Counted from the stretch's first letter, positions 27,271 through 41,150 are shown. The stretch: DNA of 64,000 nucleotides from Octopus bimaculoides (GCF_001194135.2 NC_068981.1:78278045-78342044), one strand, 5' to 3'. Notes: generated by a model not told the origin, from the sequence alone. Made by a program: numbers and translations.

Positions 27271-27725
27271 TACAGTTCTATATTTAAGAGATGAGGAATC
27301 ATGTACATTATTTACATTAGACCGATATTTGTCCTCATCTTTGTTGTTAACACACCGTTTCGGCTGATATACCCTCCAGCCTTCATCAGGTGTCTTGGGG
27401 AAATTTCAAGCCTGGGTTCTCATTCCTAAGGTATTTTTCGATGCTATTATTATTATTATTCAGGTCACTGCCTGGAATTGAACTCGGAATCTTGGGGTTA
27501 GTAGTCCACGCTCTTAACCACTACTGCATATGCCCACGGGCATATGGCGTAGTGGTTAAGAGTGTGGGCTACTAACCCCAAGATTCTGAGATCAATTTCA
27601 GGCAGTGACATGAATAATAATAATAATAATAATAACATTGAAAAATACCCTAGGAATGAGAATCCAGGTTCGAAATTTGCCCAAAACAAGATGAAGACAA
27701 ATATCCATCAAATGTAAATAATGTG
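27271..27725. mobile_element. Fold-back element: head-to-head dimer of a tRNA-headed SINE-like unit with a hammerhead motif (copy 1)
   Basis: Palindrome 27303-27725 centred on GCCC-AC-GGGC (27532-27541). Each arm has a tRNA-like head (A box TGGCGTAGTGG 27545-27555; B box GAGTTCAATTCC on the minus strand 27474-27485), an (AAT)n tract and a body. Flanked by the 10-bp direct repeat CAGTACCATT (27261-27270, 27726-27735), a candidate TSD. Confidence 0.85.
27349..27394 (-). ncRNA. Minimal type I hammerhead ribozyme motif (variant at position 16.1)
   Basis: Minus strand reads GACAC-CTGATGA-A-GGCTG(gagggtatat)CAGCC-GAAA-CGGT-GTGTT: stem I, catalytic core, 5-bp stem II, GAAA. CGGT differs from the inferred family consensus CGTT. 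Confidence 0.6.
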
Positions 27726-28300
27726 CAGTACCATTAAATTTACATGTTTGCTCAAAATCCCAGAAAAAGCAGCCAAATCTCCCTCAAATCACGTCTTACT
27801 GACTCAAAAAAGTGGAAGGGAACTTGGTATATAACAGAGTCCTAGACATACAAAAAAGCTGAGCTGGTCAAGACTGAAACATCTTTAATCATAGGTTTGT
27901 GCATATCATCTTTAATAGTAAACCTTTGCACTAAACAACAATTAAGAATCATGTAGTTCAGACTTAGAAGAAAAAAATACAAAATTCATTAGAGATATGA
28001 AAGAGCAAGTTTCTACCAAGATATTTCATAGTTAAGTAAAAATGGTAAACAAAACTGCAAGAGTCATCAAGTGCTAATGTTCTTGAAATGGCCAAGTGCT
28101 ATGTTCAAAAGTTCATAAACATCAGAGTAATTTTTATCAGTTGTTTTATCATCATTTTGTCACAGACTTATTTGCTAATAGCCATAATCTTCAGTTGAAA
28201 AATTAACCTTCTGATTTGTGCATATATATATATATATATATTGCAGACTTATCTGGTAATAGCCATAATCTTTATTAGAAAAATTAACCTTCTGATCTGT

Positions 28301-28356
<56 letters not shown>

Positions 28357-28376
28357 NNNNNNNNNNNNNNNNNNNN

Positions 28377-28428
<52 letters not shown>

Positions 28429-29178
28429 TAACTGGGATGATTAGCAATATAGCCAGTCATCTCAGTCATTTGTCATTTCCTCAGAGAGAGTCAAGGTCCT
28501 GAGATTCTGTTGCTGTTGTTAAATGTGTGGATTGCATACTTCACAAGCTTCACTTATCCTTCTTAATGCCCAAGAACCATTTCCATCTTTCATTCTCCTT
28601 CACCAGCATTTTACATTGATCGTCCTGTTCCACCACCATATGTTTCTCCTCCTCATTCACTACATCTGCCATCTCTCATTCTTCATCATATTCACCCTCT
28701 CACCCATTCCCCCTTTCTAATGACCTTACACTCTCTACAATCTCTTACAACTTCTACATACCCGTACTTCATGTTCTCCTGTCCCATCACCACTTTTGTT
28801 ATCTCTTTCCATATAAAATGTATGTGTTTGTGCATGTTTGTGTGTCCTTGTCTTGGCATCACATGTTAGTTGCGAGTGTCACTGTCATGCAACCTGTGTC
28901 ATTCCTTTCCAATATTCTATGAAACATGTTGGGTCATGAAGAAATATTACCTTGCTTGGAAACAGGTGAGAGTTGATGGCAGGAAGGGCATCCAACTGTA
29001 GCAAATCTGGCTCAATAAACTCTGTCCATTGAAGCATGGAAAAGTAGACATTAAAATGGTGTATGTGTACATAAATGCACTCATGCACAATTACATATTG
29101 CATGTGTCTGTGTATATGTACAGACATGCAGAACTGCATGTAACATGTGTGTATAAAATATAGGTATATACAACTCTA

Positions 29179-29230
<52 letters not shown>

Positions 29231-30294
29231 TGAAATATATGTAGAAGACTGTGTATATATGTGTGTGTTGGATGCACACACATACTAAACTTTGATGCAA
29301 ATTTAATTCCAAAATTGTACTTAATTCTCTCAATAAAACAACAGAAAACCTCATTACTTAAGCACTTGTTGATTGTTTTATACATGATGTTCCCATTATT
29401 TAGTTTATCTATTGAAATTAAGATATCATTAGTTTTAAATTTTCTTTTCTTTAAATACTGCATTTCTATAGAACTTTACATAGCTTTTTAAATTCAAAAG
29501 TAATTTTCTTTTTCTTTATAACACAGACAATCTTCTTTCAGTCAAATCTTCTTTCCTCATCAACAGTTTAATATAAAATTCATTTAATGGCATGATCATG
29601 ACAAGGAAAAATAATGCTCCAGTCTAAGAATCATCATAATCATTTTCTACATTTGATTTGCATTTCTTTGTGGTACATGTGTGATTAGATGTACCTGAAT
29701 CCTGAGATACCCACATCTAGATGGCTCAAAATTCTCCCATCAGACATTAGGGCTGATTTAAGAAATATTCTATTCTTTGGTCTACTCCCATTGCAAATAT
29801 CTTTCATTTTCAGTTTTATTTAATGTTTATCCAGCATGCTTGTATTCATTAGATAATGTTGTTAATACAAAAACCAGAACCGGTCTGTGTTTGTCTCCCT
29901 TATTCTCTCTCTCTCTCTCTCTCTCTCTCACACCCTGTTTCCTAGCTCTTCAATCTTTTTTCTTCTCTCTCCTTTCTCCCCAAGTTCCATTGTAATTTGA
30001 AAGAACATTCCAAGAACACCTATATGCCAATCATGAATACTTTGGCAATACTTTCATACTACCATTACACAGTACATACTGCAGGCTGAATCTAAGTACA
30101 AGTCGTCTAATCTGACATGGTACAAAGGGAGAGAAAAGCTTGAGAATTTTAAGACTTTTCAATTATTATATAACTTATACAAGGTGACATGATCCCTTTT
30201 AATTATTTTTCATTGCTCTGTATCAAATCTTGAAGATAAAGCTCATATTTTTGTTAATGGAAAATATTAATTTGTTTTTTACCTTCTAGAAATA

Positions 30295-30798
30295 TTTTTA
30301 AATTTATCTATATATAATATATAAAATTTATCTATATATAATATATAATATATAAAATTTATCTATATATAATATATAATATATAAAATTTATCTATATA
30401 TAATAGNNNNNNNNNNNNNNNNNNNNNNNNNNNNNNNNNNNNNNNNNNNNNNNNNNNNNNNNNNNNNNNNNNNNNNNNNNNNNNNNNNNNNNNNNNNNNN
30501 NNNNNNNNNNNNNNNNNNNNNNNNNNNNNNNNNNNNNNNNNNNNNNNNNNNNNNNNNNNNNNNNTAATATATAAAATTTATCTATATATAATATATAAAA
30601 TTTATCTATATATAATATATAATATAAAATTTATCTATATATAATATATAATATATAAAATTTATCTATATATAATATATAATATATAAAATTTATTTAT
30701 CTATATATAATATATAAAATTTATCTATATATAATATATAATATATAAAATTTATCTATATATAATATATAATATATAAAATTTATCTATATATAATA
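30295..30798. repeat. AT-rich minisatellite, unit ~AAAATTTATCTATATATAATATATAATATAT
   Basis: Tandem copies with length variants on both sides of the gap at 30407-30563. Confidence 0.9.
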
Positions 30799-33728
30799 GT
30801 ATGGGTGTAATCCAGGCAGATGCCATCAGTAATTACTCAGGGTAGGCAGTTGGTGACCTTTATATAGTAAGACACACAAAAACTAAGTAAGACACAGGTG
30901 CTCGACTGAGTTGAAGGCAGATTTACTTCTGCTTTTATAGCATGCAAATAAAATGGTGTTGTAGGAGTGTACACAGCATATGTACTACAGCAGTACTATA
31001 CATAGCATAAATATTTAGATTGAAAAGCAGGGGTGAATTATGCCTAACCTTCAAAAAAATAAAATATTTTGCATTTTATACATAGCAACCAGAGTAACCG
31101 TCATAATTTTATTGAATTAGGTGCATATTTTGCCATAAAAGGAGAATGTTGCTATCAATCTATTTTATTCAGGGTAAGCACTGCCTACCTTGTCAACCTA
31201 GGTGGCATGTCCCTGGTGTGAAAGGTTTGCAAATCTGAACATTGACTGAAATTGTTTTTGTAGATGGTTTACAAATGGATGATATTTTCTAGAGTTAATG
31301 GAAAAGTTGTTATATGCTTGCTTGTCCTGTTAGAAATACAGTAAAATATCCATCAAGTCACATCTTATTGTTTGTTGTCATAAAAAAGTGAAATAAACAG
31401 ACAGGATGGTCACAACTGGGACACCACTGACCACAAGTCTGCTTCATTAGAGTTGATTTGGGTGTTGAATAATTTTCTAGAGCTAATCTATACAACTGTG
31501 TAAAGATTGACCATGCTGTCTGCTAGATTGACTGAAGGTTTTTGATTGGGTTTGAACTCAACATCTTTTGGCTCAGTAATCTAGCACTTTATCAAATGTT
31601 AGAATTCTTTTATTGTTCATCATGCTTTGCTGTATAAAGATGTCTATTTATACAATGCACTCACAGACACACTCACACATTTGCATGTATGTAAACCTCT
31701 CTATACATGTATGTGTGTACATGTTATTGGAGTGGGTTAAATTATATATAAAAAGCAAGTTACAGAAGACTGGTAAAGACGCTTCGTGCTATATAATTCA
31801 GTTACACAGTGTTTCAAGTTGAAATTTTATCAAGACAAACTTCTTTTCATCTCTCCATGGTTGATAAAATTAAAACTATCAATAAATTTAAGTAAAGTCT
31901 TTCAACTCTAGCCACTCTTTCTAAAAGGACCAATGGCCCAAGTAAAAGAAATCATTATTTAATGAACACATGACAGACATAAGTGAGTAAAATTTACTTA
32001 CAATCTAGCTTTCATTTCCAAAGTAATTTAAAATGAAGTCATTTCATTTCTCTTTATCTGATAGGCTAAATGTGTTAAGAGACAGAAAAATTGTGATTGT
32101 CATGATTTTCCATTTCCCAATACATACAAATTTTTCCACAATCAACAGATAGTTTCTGGAGCTTCATACTTTTGAGAAATCCTTATTTAATATAAATATT
32201 TAGATAATGGGAAGTTGGTATATATAGGCGAGATAGCTAAATTATTTATTTTATGAATATTGGTGCCTCATCAGCATTTTACATCTACTTTTCTATGCTG
32301 GCATCAGTTTAACTTTTCCTTCTGATGCATTGATTTACATCCATTCTGTCACAAACTCCTTTAATTACCTTTTTTGACACACAAAGATGTATCTGTTCTG
32401 AAACACAGATGTATTCAAATTAAAATCTCATGAAGATTTGTATGTTGTTTTTTTTTCTTGTTATAAAGAAGAAATTGAACATTATATTCAAATCAATAAA
32501 TTGTTAATTTTATAGAGTACCTTCCTACTGTAATACCTTCTGGTAATTATGTCAACGAAGCCATGAATATGCTGTATCAGTTAAAGGATACAAATTGCCT
32601 TCATCTCAGCTGGTTGTTCCACACTCTTATATACTTAACTATTCACACAGTTTGCTAATCCTTGTACATACATATTAATTTTGTCACTTTGTCAGCTAAG
32701 TGAATATTGTGTAGACCTCTTAGCTATAATTTTGTAAACTGTTGTAGACATTACATTATAACTTCGTCCAAAATTAGTCTTTCTGTGCAAAACTTTCAAT
32801 CTAGTTGTTTCCAGTGATGTATTATTTCATTTTGAGTGTGCTATAGGAAAGTTCCATCATTTTCTAGTATCAGTCAGACTTCATATGTGTGTACATTTCA
32901 GAGAGGTGAGCAAGTTATATACATGTGATCTCATGCTGTTTCTAGACCAATATCTGTAAATACTCTCCACCGTTATTGTGCAAATGAAAACCTCTCACTG
33001 TAGTGGTTGACCAACATTTGTATTTCACTTTGTAAGCAATTCAGCTATCAGTTCAGCTGTTTTTAATATGAAAAAGGAAATCATCTTAATAGTATTTTGT
33101 TTCTGTTTTTTTTTTTTCTCCTCTTCTTTCACTCAATTGTATCAATGTAAGAATGTGACTCAAATAGTTATATTATTTCTACACCTAATATTTAATATTT
33201 CCTCTTAGCTCATTACTTAAAATATTCCTTTATGTGAAAAACATATAAGGCCGAGTAACAGGAAGAGCTTTCATCCAAGAAAATAATCCTGCTTCAGTTT
33301 TCTCCCATCTAAGCCCTGCTACCTTGGAAAAATAGACATTATATGAAATGAACAGACAACCAAATTCCATATCCAGAGACTAATCTGTTTCTGTATGTTG
33401 TGCCTTTTCACCATTTGCTTTCTCTGACATCATTCTATTGAAACCTGTTTTTTTTTTTTAAATAACTAAATCATACGTATAATCCCATTTCATCATCATT
33501 ATTGTCCTCAAAATTATCATATTAATATAAATATGTAATAAATTTACATGGTATCAATATCAGGAATCCTGAGATCATCCACATTATATGTTAATATATA
33601 CATTCATCAAAATTTTCCAGTATCATATATAAAATGTATTTCATAGAAAGTGTCTCATACAAATTAGTACTACCCTATGGACCACATGGTCAGGAATGCC
33701 AACTTTACTGCTGTTATTATAGTCATTG

Positions 33729-34109
33729 AACGCAATGGCCCAGTGGTTAGGGCAGCGGACTCGCGGTCATAGGATCGCGGTTTCGATTCCCAGACTGGGC
33801 GTTGTGAGTGTTTATTGAGCGAAAACACCTAAAAGCTCCATGAGGCTCCGGCAGGGGATGGTGGCGAACCCTACTGTACTCTTCCACTACAACTTTCTCT
33901 CACTCTTACTTCCTGTTTCTGTTGTGCCTGTAATTCAAAGGGTCAGCCTTGTCACACTGTGTCACGCTGAATATCCCCGAGAACTACGTTAAGGGTACAC
34001 GTGTCTGTGGAGTGCTCAGCCACTTGCAAGTTAATTTCACGAGCAGGCTGTTCCGTTGGTCAGATCAACTGGGACCCTCAACGTCGAAAGCGACGAAGTA
34101 CCAACAACA
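33729..34109 (+). mobile_element. Young, full-length tRNA-derived SINE with a 10-bp TSD
   Basis: A box TGGCCCAGTGG 33736-46, B box GGTTTCGATTCCC 33779-91, CpG-rich body, (CAA)n tail; TSD ATAGTCATTG at 33719-33728 and 34110-34119. Confidence 0.9.
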
Positions 34110-34279
34110 ATAGTCATTGGGTTTTTACCTCTGAGTAGTGTGCATTATTCAGTTTTCAGTAAGTTTGTGTAATGTGAACTTTTTCTATTTTGCGCTGCCT
34201 TTTATCTTGCAAATCTTATGAATTAACTCCATTTTACTAATACAGACCATCACTAGTTTCCTTCAATTTTAGATTTCTT

Positions 34280-34316
<37 letters not shown>

Positions 34317-34775
34317 TTTTTTTCTGTTTTTCTTTTTTGTTAGGCTGATTGACATAAACGGGTTCCATTTTTAGTTTATGGTTGAATGGTCAGTAGTGGA
34401 AAGAGTATTCAGCTGTAAAAATATTTACTTTGACAAAAGCCAACCCTTTCTCCATCCTCACGCTTGCAAACATGATAAAATGGTGGTAAAACAGTTACAC
34501 CAACAACACGTATTATTAACTATTAATTATTTTAATTCATTTGTACCACATTCTTATCTAGAATGTTGATTAATTACCCGCTGTCCTTTCCTTGATTACA
34601 GATTTATGGGGTAAAAAAAAGTAAAAGTGCTGTTTTTATTACTGTATTTTTTTATTGCCAGAATACAAAGAAAAACTGGACATGAAAAGAATTGGACATG
34701 ATTGATAAGAATTTGACACTTTGAAAATTCTAATAAATTTTTAAAATTGTATGTCTTCTGTTTTTTTACTTCCAG

Positions 34776-35039
34776 ATAAACCAAGTCCTCCAGCATTCAC
34801 AGAAGAATTGAAAGCTGGTAGTGTGAAAAAAGTTGGAGAACGCCAGATACTTAGTTGTCGAGCTTTTGGACTGCCAACACCAACATATTCTTGGTTGAAA
34901 AATGGCCAAGTATTTAATGATACCACTAATAGCTATATTGAACTGGAGCTTAAGCATTCTGATGCTGGGGAGTACCGTTGTATAGCCAAAAACTCCCAAG
35001 GGTCTATCATCAGCAACAAAGTTCATGTCCAAGTTTCAT
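34776..35039 (+). CDS. sdk: Sidekick-like Ig-superfamily adhesion protein, internal exon encoding Ig1
   Basis: Acceptor tttttttacttccAG (AG 34774-34775) and donor T|GTAAGT (GT 35040-35041); phase 1 at both ends. Translation (D)KPSPPAFTEELKAG...LSCRAFGLPTPTYSWLKNG...DAGEYRCIAKNSQGSIISNKVHVQVS has the Ig C...W...DxGxYxC signature. The spliced Ig1-Ig3 sequence resembles Sidekick as I recall it (VQVAYMGSF, ITSYPRPQVTWF, APTIVVPP, CIASARP, LTISNPTSADTG). Family assignment is by recognition, not BLAST. Confidence 0.88.
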
Positions 35040-35110
35040 GTAAGTTTTTTAAAACTATTTTTACTGATGTACGTGTGTAATATTGTTCTATGTGTCATTG
35101 CATGCGTGTG

Positions 35111-35154
<44 letters not shown>

Positions 35155-36045
35155 GAAAAAAAAACTAACCTGTTAATGGCTGCTAGTTAGACTGTCAGAT
35201 ACAGACTAAAATGTATCACAGCACATATTTCTATATGTAACATGAGAAATATATGTCCATTTGATTAAGCAAGACTTTCACACATTACCAGTACACTATT
35301 ACTGGCTCACTGGTTAGTTGTATTGTCTCTTTGAATTTTCTTACACTCTTACAACAATCTCTACTCTTTTAAAGCCCAAAATAATTTACACTCATAATGA
35401 TGCTTATTCAATACACACCAAGGGGTAAGAAGTTTACTTCCCAGCCTCATGGTTTTGGGTTCAATCTCACTATAAATCACCTTGGGTAAATATCTTCTAT
35501 TGTAGCCTCGAGCCAACCAAAGCCTTGGCAATGATAAGTGACCAGGACTTTGGCTGTTGAGTCTCATGGAGGTGATGGCAAGTGACCAAGACTTTTGGTA
35601 ATTTGCTGTGCTTGAGAAGACACATCAGACTAAGTGAAATCAGTCGTGGCCAGTGCTGGTAACATATAAAAGGCACCTGGTACACTGTGTGGAGTGGTTG
35701 GCATTAGGAAGGGCATCCGGCTGTAGAAACCCAGCCAAAACAGACTGGAGCCTGGTGCACCTCACGAGTTCCAGTCAAACTGTCTAACCCATACCAGCAT
35801 AGAAAACAGATGCTAAACAATGATGATGGTGATATATATATTTTTTTTTTGACTGCAGACATACTAGAGCACTGCCTTAAAAGGCTTTTTGAAGAACTGA
35901 ACCCCAGAACTTATTCTTTGTAAGCCCGGTATTTATTCGATCGGTCTCTTTTACCAAACTGCTAAGATACAGGAACATAAACACAGCAACATCAGTTGTC
36001 AAGCAATTGTGGCGATGGCGGACAAACACAGGCTCACACACACAC

Positions 36046-36088
<43 letters not shown>

Positions 36089-39071
36089 CACAATGAGCTT
36101 CCCTTAGTTTCCATCTACCAAATCCATTCATAAGGCTTTGGTCAGCCTGAGACTATAGTAGAAGACTCTTGCCCAAGGTGTCATACAGTGAGACTGAACC
36201 TGGACCCATGTGGTCGGGAAGCAAGCTTCTTATCACAAAGCCACTCTTCTTTCCACACAGCCTATATATTTATATTTATATTTATATATATTTATATATA
36301 TAACATGTGTGTGTGTGTTTACATCTCCTGTAACTTGGAGGTTCAGCAAATGAGACCAACAGAATAATTACTACATTTTTAAAAAATGTATTTGGGTCAA
36401 TCTATTCAACTAAACCCTTCAAGGCAGTGCCCCAGCATGGCTACACTTCAATGACTGAAACCGGTAAAGGACAAAAGATAACTCCTTTCTCACTTTCGAT
36501 ATCCCTTACTAAGTTCTGTAATTAAACCTTCTCAGAACTGTCTTCCACTGTAATATTTTCTTCACCTTTCACCAATGTTTACCTTTATTCAACTCCAATT
36601 AATCATCAGTGTGACTAACACTCACACTTTACCGCACAACATGATCTTTGCAGTTTCACTTTCATAGTAGTAAATTAGAAATAAACACAGGTGCAGTGTT
36701 TCTGCATATATCTCATATTCTTTTTATCTTGTACTTGACTTCAACCATGCAAAGGCCTTGCCTTGAAAGATTTTAGTCAAAGAAATCGACTCCAGCACTT
36801 ATTTTTCCCACTTTTAAGTCTGATACTTATTCTATCAGTCTATTTTGCTGAACCACTTAGTTACAAGGGTGTAAACAAAGCATCATCACTTCTCCAGTGG
36901 TGTTGGGGGATAAGGACAGAAACAAAGACACACACACACTCATATGACAGACTTCCACAGTTTCCATCAACCAAATTAACTCACAAGATATTGGTCAGTC
37001 TAAGACTACAGTAGTGGACACTTACCCAAAGTGTCATGCAGTGTTGTCTTAATCACACAACAGTACCTGCACCTATCTCTGTCTGTGTGTTAGCTGAGTT
37101 GTTAATCAACAAGACTGTAAGGTACAAAGCTGATGAAATGAATCTTAGCTACTAGCATTGTTCAGAGAAGACATTGTTATTTTACCTCACTTAATCTCTT
37201 TACTCATGTTTGCTGACTGTAAACAAAACAACCTCACTATCAATAATACAAGCAGTGCCATATGCTTGTAATCAACTGTAAAAGCATGTCTGGGTTTCTG
37301 GACATGTCATGACATGTTATTTAATCTTTCTTAACAAAAACATTTGAAGCTATATCTTGGGCATTCATTGTTTGATAGACTATGGGGATTATTACCTTGT
37401 TTGGCAACAAGCAAGAGTTGGTGACCGGAGGGCATCCAGGCTTAGAAAATCTTCTCCAGTGAATTCCATCTAACCTATGCAAGAATGGAAAAGTGAGCAT
37501 TAGAAAGACAATGATGGCAAATGTAATTGAAAATCTGAAACCTTTCTCTCTCTTTTATTATGGTTAGTGAAGGGAAATATCCTAGCAGTAATTAAAAATT
37601 GCTACCATACAATTCACAGTAGCATATAAAGAGGAGAAAAGAAAATTAACTATTATAACAATGAAATCAATTTTTGTTTTAGTAATGCTCTGAACAGTTT
37701 TTGTATGATGAGTATAATAAATTAAATTAACTTTGATATACATTACTTGGTCCTAAGCAAGACCTTAAATTGCATCTTGTGGTGAAGTACCAGCTTGGGA
37801 GTTGAGGAGCATAGAGGAGTATAGAATTACCCTTTAGTCACTGTTACTACTTCCAGATCTGCTTTGGCCTGGGGTGGTGCAACCTGTTAAGGGCTCCAGT
37901 TATAGATCAAATAACAGAAGATGGTCCTGTGACAAAAGCATACAGGGCTCAGAAGAGGGCTATTCTCTAGATGTATGTATCACACAGGCTCACCAATGTG
38001 TGGACATAGCCTAATATCATGTGAGCCAGTTCCCCTGCCCAAAGATTGAATAGGCCCTGTGACTCAAAGGCAAACTCAGAAGAGCAGGAATCCAGCAGAT
38101 TAAATGACATAAACTAGCAGAAGGCAATAAGGAATATTGCTGTAAGTTTCCCTATGAAAGTCAGGAATCTTCAGTATGGCACATAAAGAGAGATCTACCA
38201 TAAGCTTAAACTGGCTATAACAGTAAATTTAGTATTAACATTTTTAATGCAGGGAGCATTAAAAAGTAAACTAGAAGTAGTTACACTGTGAGGAAAACTA
38301 CAATTCAGTGCTAATAATGTTTCATTTAGCATGCACAGAAGACAACTCTTAACATATTTTCATCTTTCTATGAGATTCAGTGAAGCATAGAGTGTACCTT
38401 ATATCTTCATGGACTTCTGAGATAGAGAAAGATGGAAATTATTATTAAATAGTTATATTGAATTAGTGTCTTCATCTTGGCTGTTTTTGTCACAACATTT
38501 TGGCCATTGTACTTATCAGCTTTCTTCAGGGAACTGTTCTGTTTGGTGACATTCTAAGAATTTCGATCAAAACCCTTTCTCCATTGTCAGTACAAGAATA
38601 TTCTCTTACTTGTGTTGATGCTTGCTTGCTTTCATTTCAATCAGAGTATATATGTTTAGAATGAATGCACTCTAATGCTTATATTCACTATCTCCCATTA
38701 TCCTGACATCATATGTAGAAAAAAAAAATAACTGGATTAACAAAAAAAAATTTGGCCCAAAATTTCGAGAATCTTCACAAATGCAAGAGATCCATGAAGA
38801 AAGTAGTGGGGATCAATGGCCAAAACATTACGACTATTACAAACAAGATAGGAACACTTGTCTGAATATATGAGTGTATATTCACTATATCTGTCAAAGT
38901 TATGGAATAAAGATAAGTACAGGTGTAGTTGTATGGTAAGAAGCTTACTTCCCAACCGCATGGTTCCAGTTCAGTTCCACTGTGTGGCACCTTGGGCAAG
39001 TGTCTTCTACTATAGCCTAAGGCCAACCAAAGTATTGTGAGTGGATCTGGTAGATGGAACCTGAAAGAAGC

Positions 39072-39105
<34 letters not shown>

Positions 39106-39769
39106 NNNNNNNNNNNNNNNNNNNNNNNNNNNNNNNNNNNNNNNNNNNNNNNNNNNNNNNNNNNNNNNNNNNNNNNNNNNNNNNNNNNNNNNNNNNNNNN
39201 NNNNNNNNNNNNNNNNNNNNNNNNNNNNNNNNNNNNNNNNNNNNNNNNNNNNNNNNNNNNNNNNNNNNNNNNNNNNNNNNNNNNNNNNNNNNNNNNNNNN
39301 NNNNNNNNNNNNNNNNNNNNNNNNNNNNNNNNNNNNNNNNNNNNNNNNNNNNNNNNNNNNNNNNNNNNNNNNNNNNNNNNNNNNNNNNNNNNNNNNNNNN
39401 NNNNNNNNNNNNNNNNNNNNNNNNNNNNNNNNNNNNNNNNNNNNNNNNNNNNNNNNNNNNNNNNNNNNNNNNNNNNNNNNNNNNNNNNNNNNNNNNNNNN
39501 NNNNNNNNNNNNNNNNNNNNNNNNNNNNNNNNNNNNNNNNNNNNNNNNNNNNNNNNNNNNNNNNNNNNNNNNNNNNTTGATGTGTTTACATCCCTGTAAC
39601 TTGGCAGTTCAGCAAGAGAGATGATAGAAGTACTAGGCTTAAAATATAAATCCTTCAAAGTGGTGCTCTAGTATGGCCGCAGTCGAATGGCTGAAACAAA
39701 TAAGAGACTACTAAGTTGTCTACTTATTGTCGTAGGTAAATAAAGCTGTTTGGAGAATGTTCCTTCCAT

Positions 39770-41150
39770 TAGACTCCCTAGGACATGCTTCTCTACTCAC
39801 TAAACTTTTCAATCTCTTACTCTCTCCAGGGTTGTACCCTGGCACTTGGAAGCAGGCTTCAGTGTGTCTCATTACAAAGAAAGGCAACACTTTTGGCCCA
39901 ACTAATTAATGTTCACTTGCTCTCACTACCAACATTTCTAAGGAAATGGAGACAGCTATCAACAATAACCTTCTCCATTGCCTTGAATCTCTATCCTCAA
40001 TGATGACCAGAATGACTTCTGCAGAGCCAATTCTACCAGTGACTTATATTTTTATGTCACTCACCTGTGGGATCTCACTGTAGGGAAGATTGGAAGATTG
40101 CCTTCACCAGTGTTTTTTGTCCTTGACACTAGCAAAGCTTTCAACCATGTCTAACATGTGTATTCTCTCTCAAAATTTTCTGCCTATGGGCTTCACTTAC
40201 CTCTCATCCCTGAGATTCATAGTTTCCTATCTGATCATACCATTACAGCATGTGTTGATAGAGCTCTTTCTGCCCTACTCTCAATCAACTGTAGTTGTCC
40301 TTTTAGTTTTGTCCACCACTCTCTATCATCTATCCATCAATGACCTATTTGTACTACAGATACCTGTACCCACTCTTACATTGATGAAATGGCTCTTCAT
40401 TCCTCCCTAACATCCCCCAACCATGCATCATCCACATGCAGGCTAGACACCACATACCAAACCTGCACTGATTCCATAAAGAGAGACCTTGAAAGAATCT
40501 TTCAGTGAGGCCATACCAGTCATGATTTTTTCAGCACCAAAAACAAAAAAAAAACTCTCAAGCTCTACTCATATCAAGAAAATGCTATCACTCTATGACT
40601 AAACATGAACAGCACTCAGTTAGAGCCCTCGTAGTCACTCTAAATGTTGGGCCTTACTATCACTGAGGATCCCTCCTGCTGGAAGCACATTTTTGGCTTA
40701 GCTAGAACCACATATTTGTGACAATCCTTTTACTTCAGAACCAGAAAAATATTTTAGTTCCTGTTGGCTTTTACATTTTACAATGATCAAAATGCTCACA
40801 GTGGAATATTGCTCCTGCTTCTAGAATGGTGCTGCTTCTACACACAGATATCCTGAACCACAACTAGGGAAGAGCCATTTAACTAATTAGAATTCAATCA
40901 TAAAAGGGTATACTCAAGTCTCTGGTCCACTTGTTTTGCTACTATACTGGCTTCTGCTCCTTAGAGCTGGCAGGTCTCACACCGTCATCATCCTCATTCA
41001 CTCATATTCCTTCTTAGTATTCTTGATGCATGCAATTCCCTCATCTCCACACTAATCATTATACCCAATTCTTTCTCCCTAGAACGTTGGACATTTGGAA
41101 TTTTTTTCCAGTTCATATCTTGTTTGGGGCTGTTCAACTGCAATACTTTT
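39770..41150 (+). mobile_element. Decayed CR1/Jockey-superfamily LINE RT
   Basis: Fragments LLTKLFNLL...WKQASVCLITKKGN...PTN, VLDTSKAFNHV*H (cf. LDISKAFDRVWH), VLSTTLYHLSINDL and SYIDE; many stops and frameshifts. Confidence 0.72.

Noticed and set aside
30838-31192. CAGGGTAGGCAGT / ACTGCCTACCTTG as possible MITE TIRs
   Set aside because: Only 12 of 13 bp match and no TSD was found; too weak.
33729-33800. tRNA-like sequences here and at 27538-27610 and 42985-43050
   Set aside because: No complete acceptor-stem cloverleaf, and each continues into a SINE body, so they are SINE heads rather than tRNA genes.
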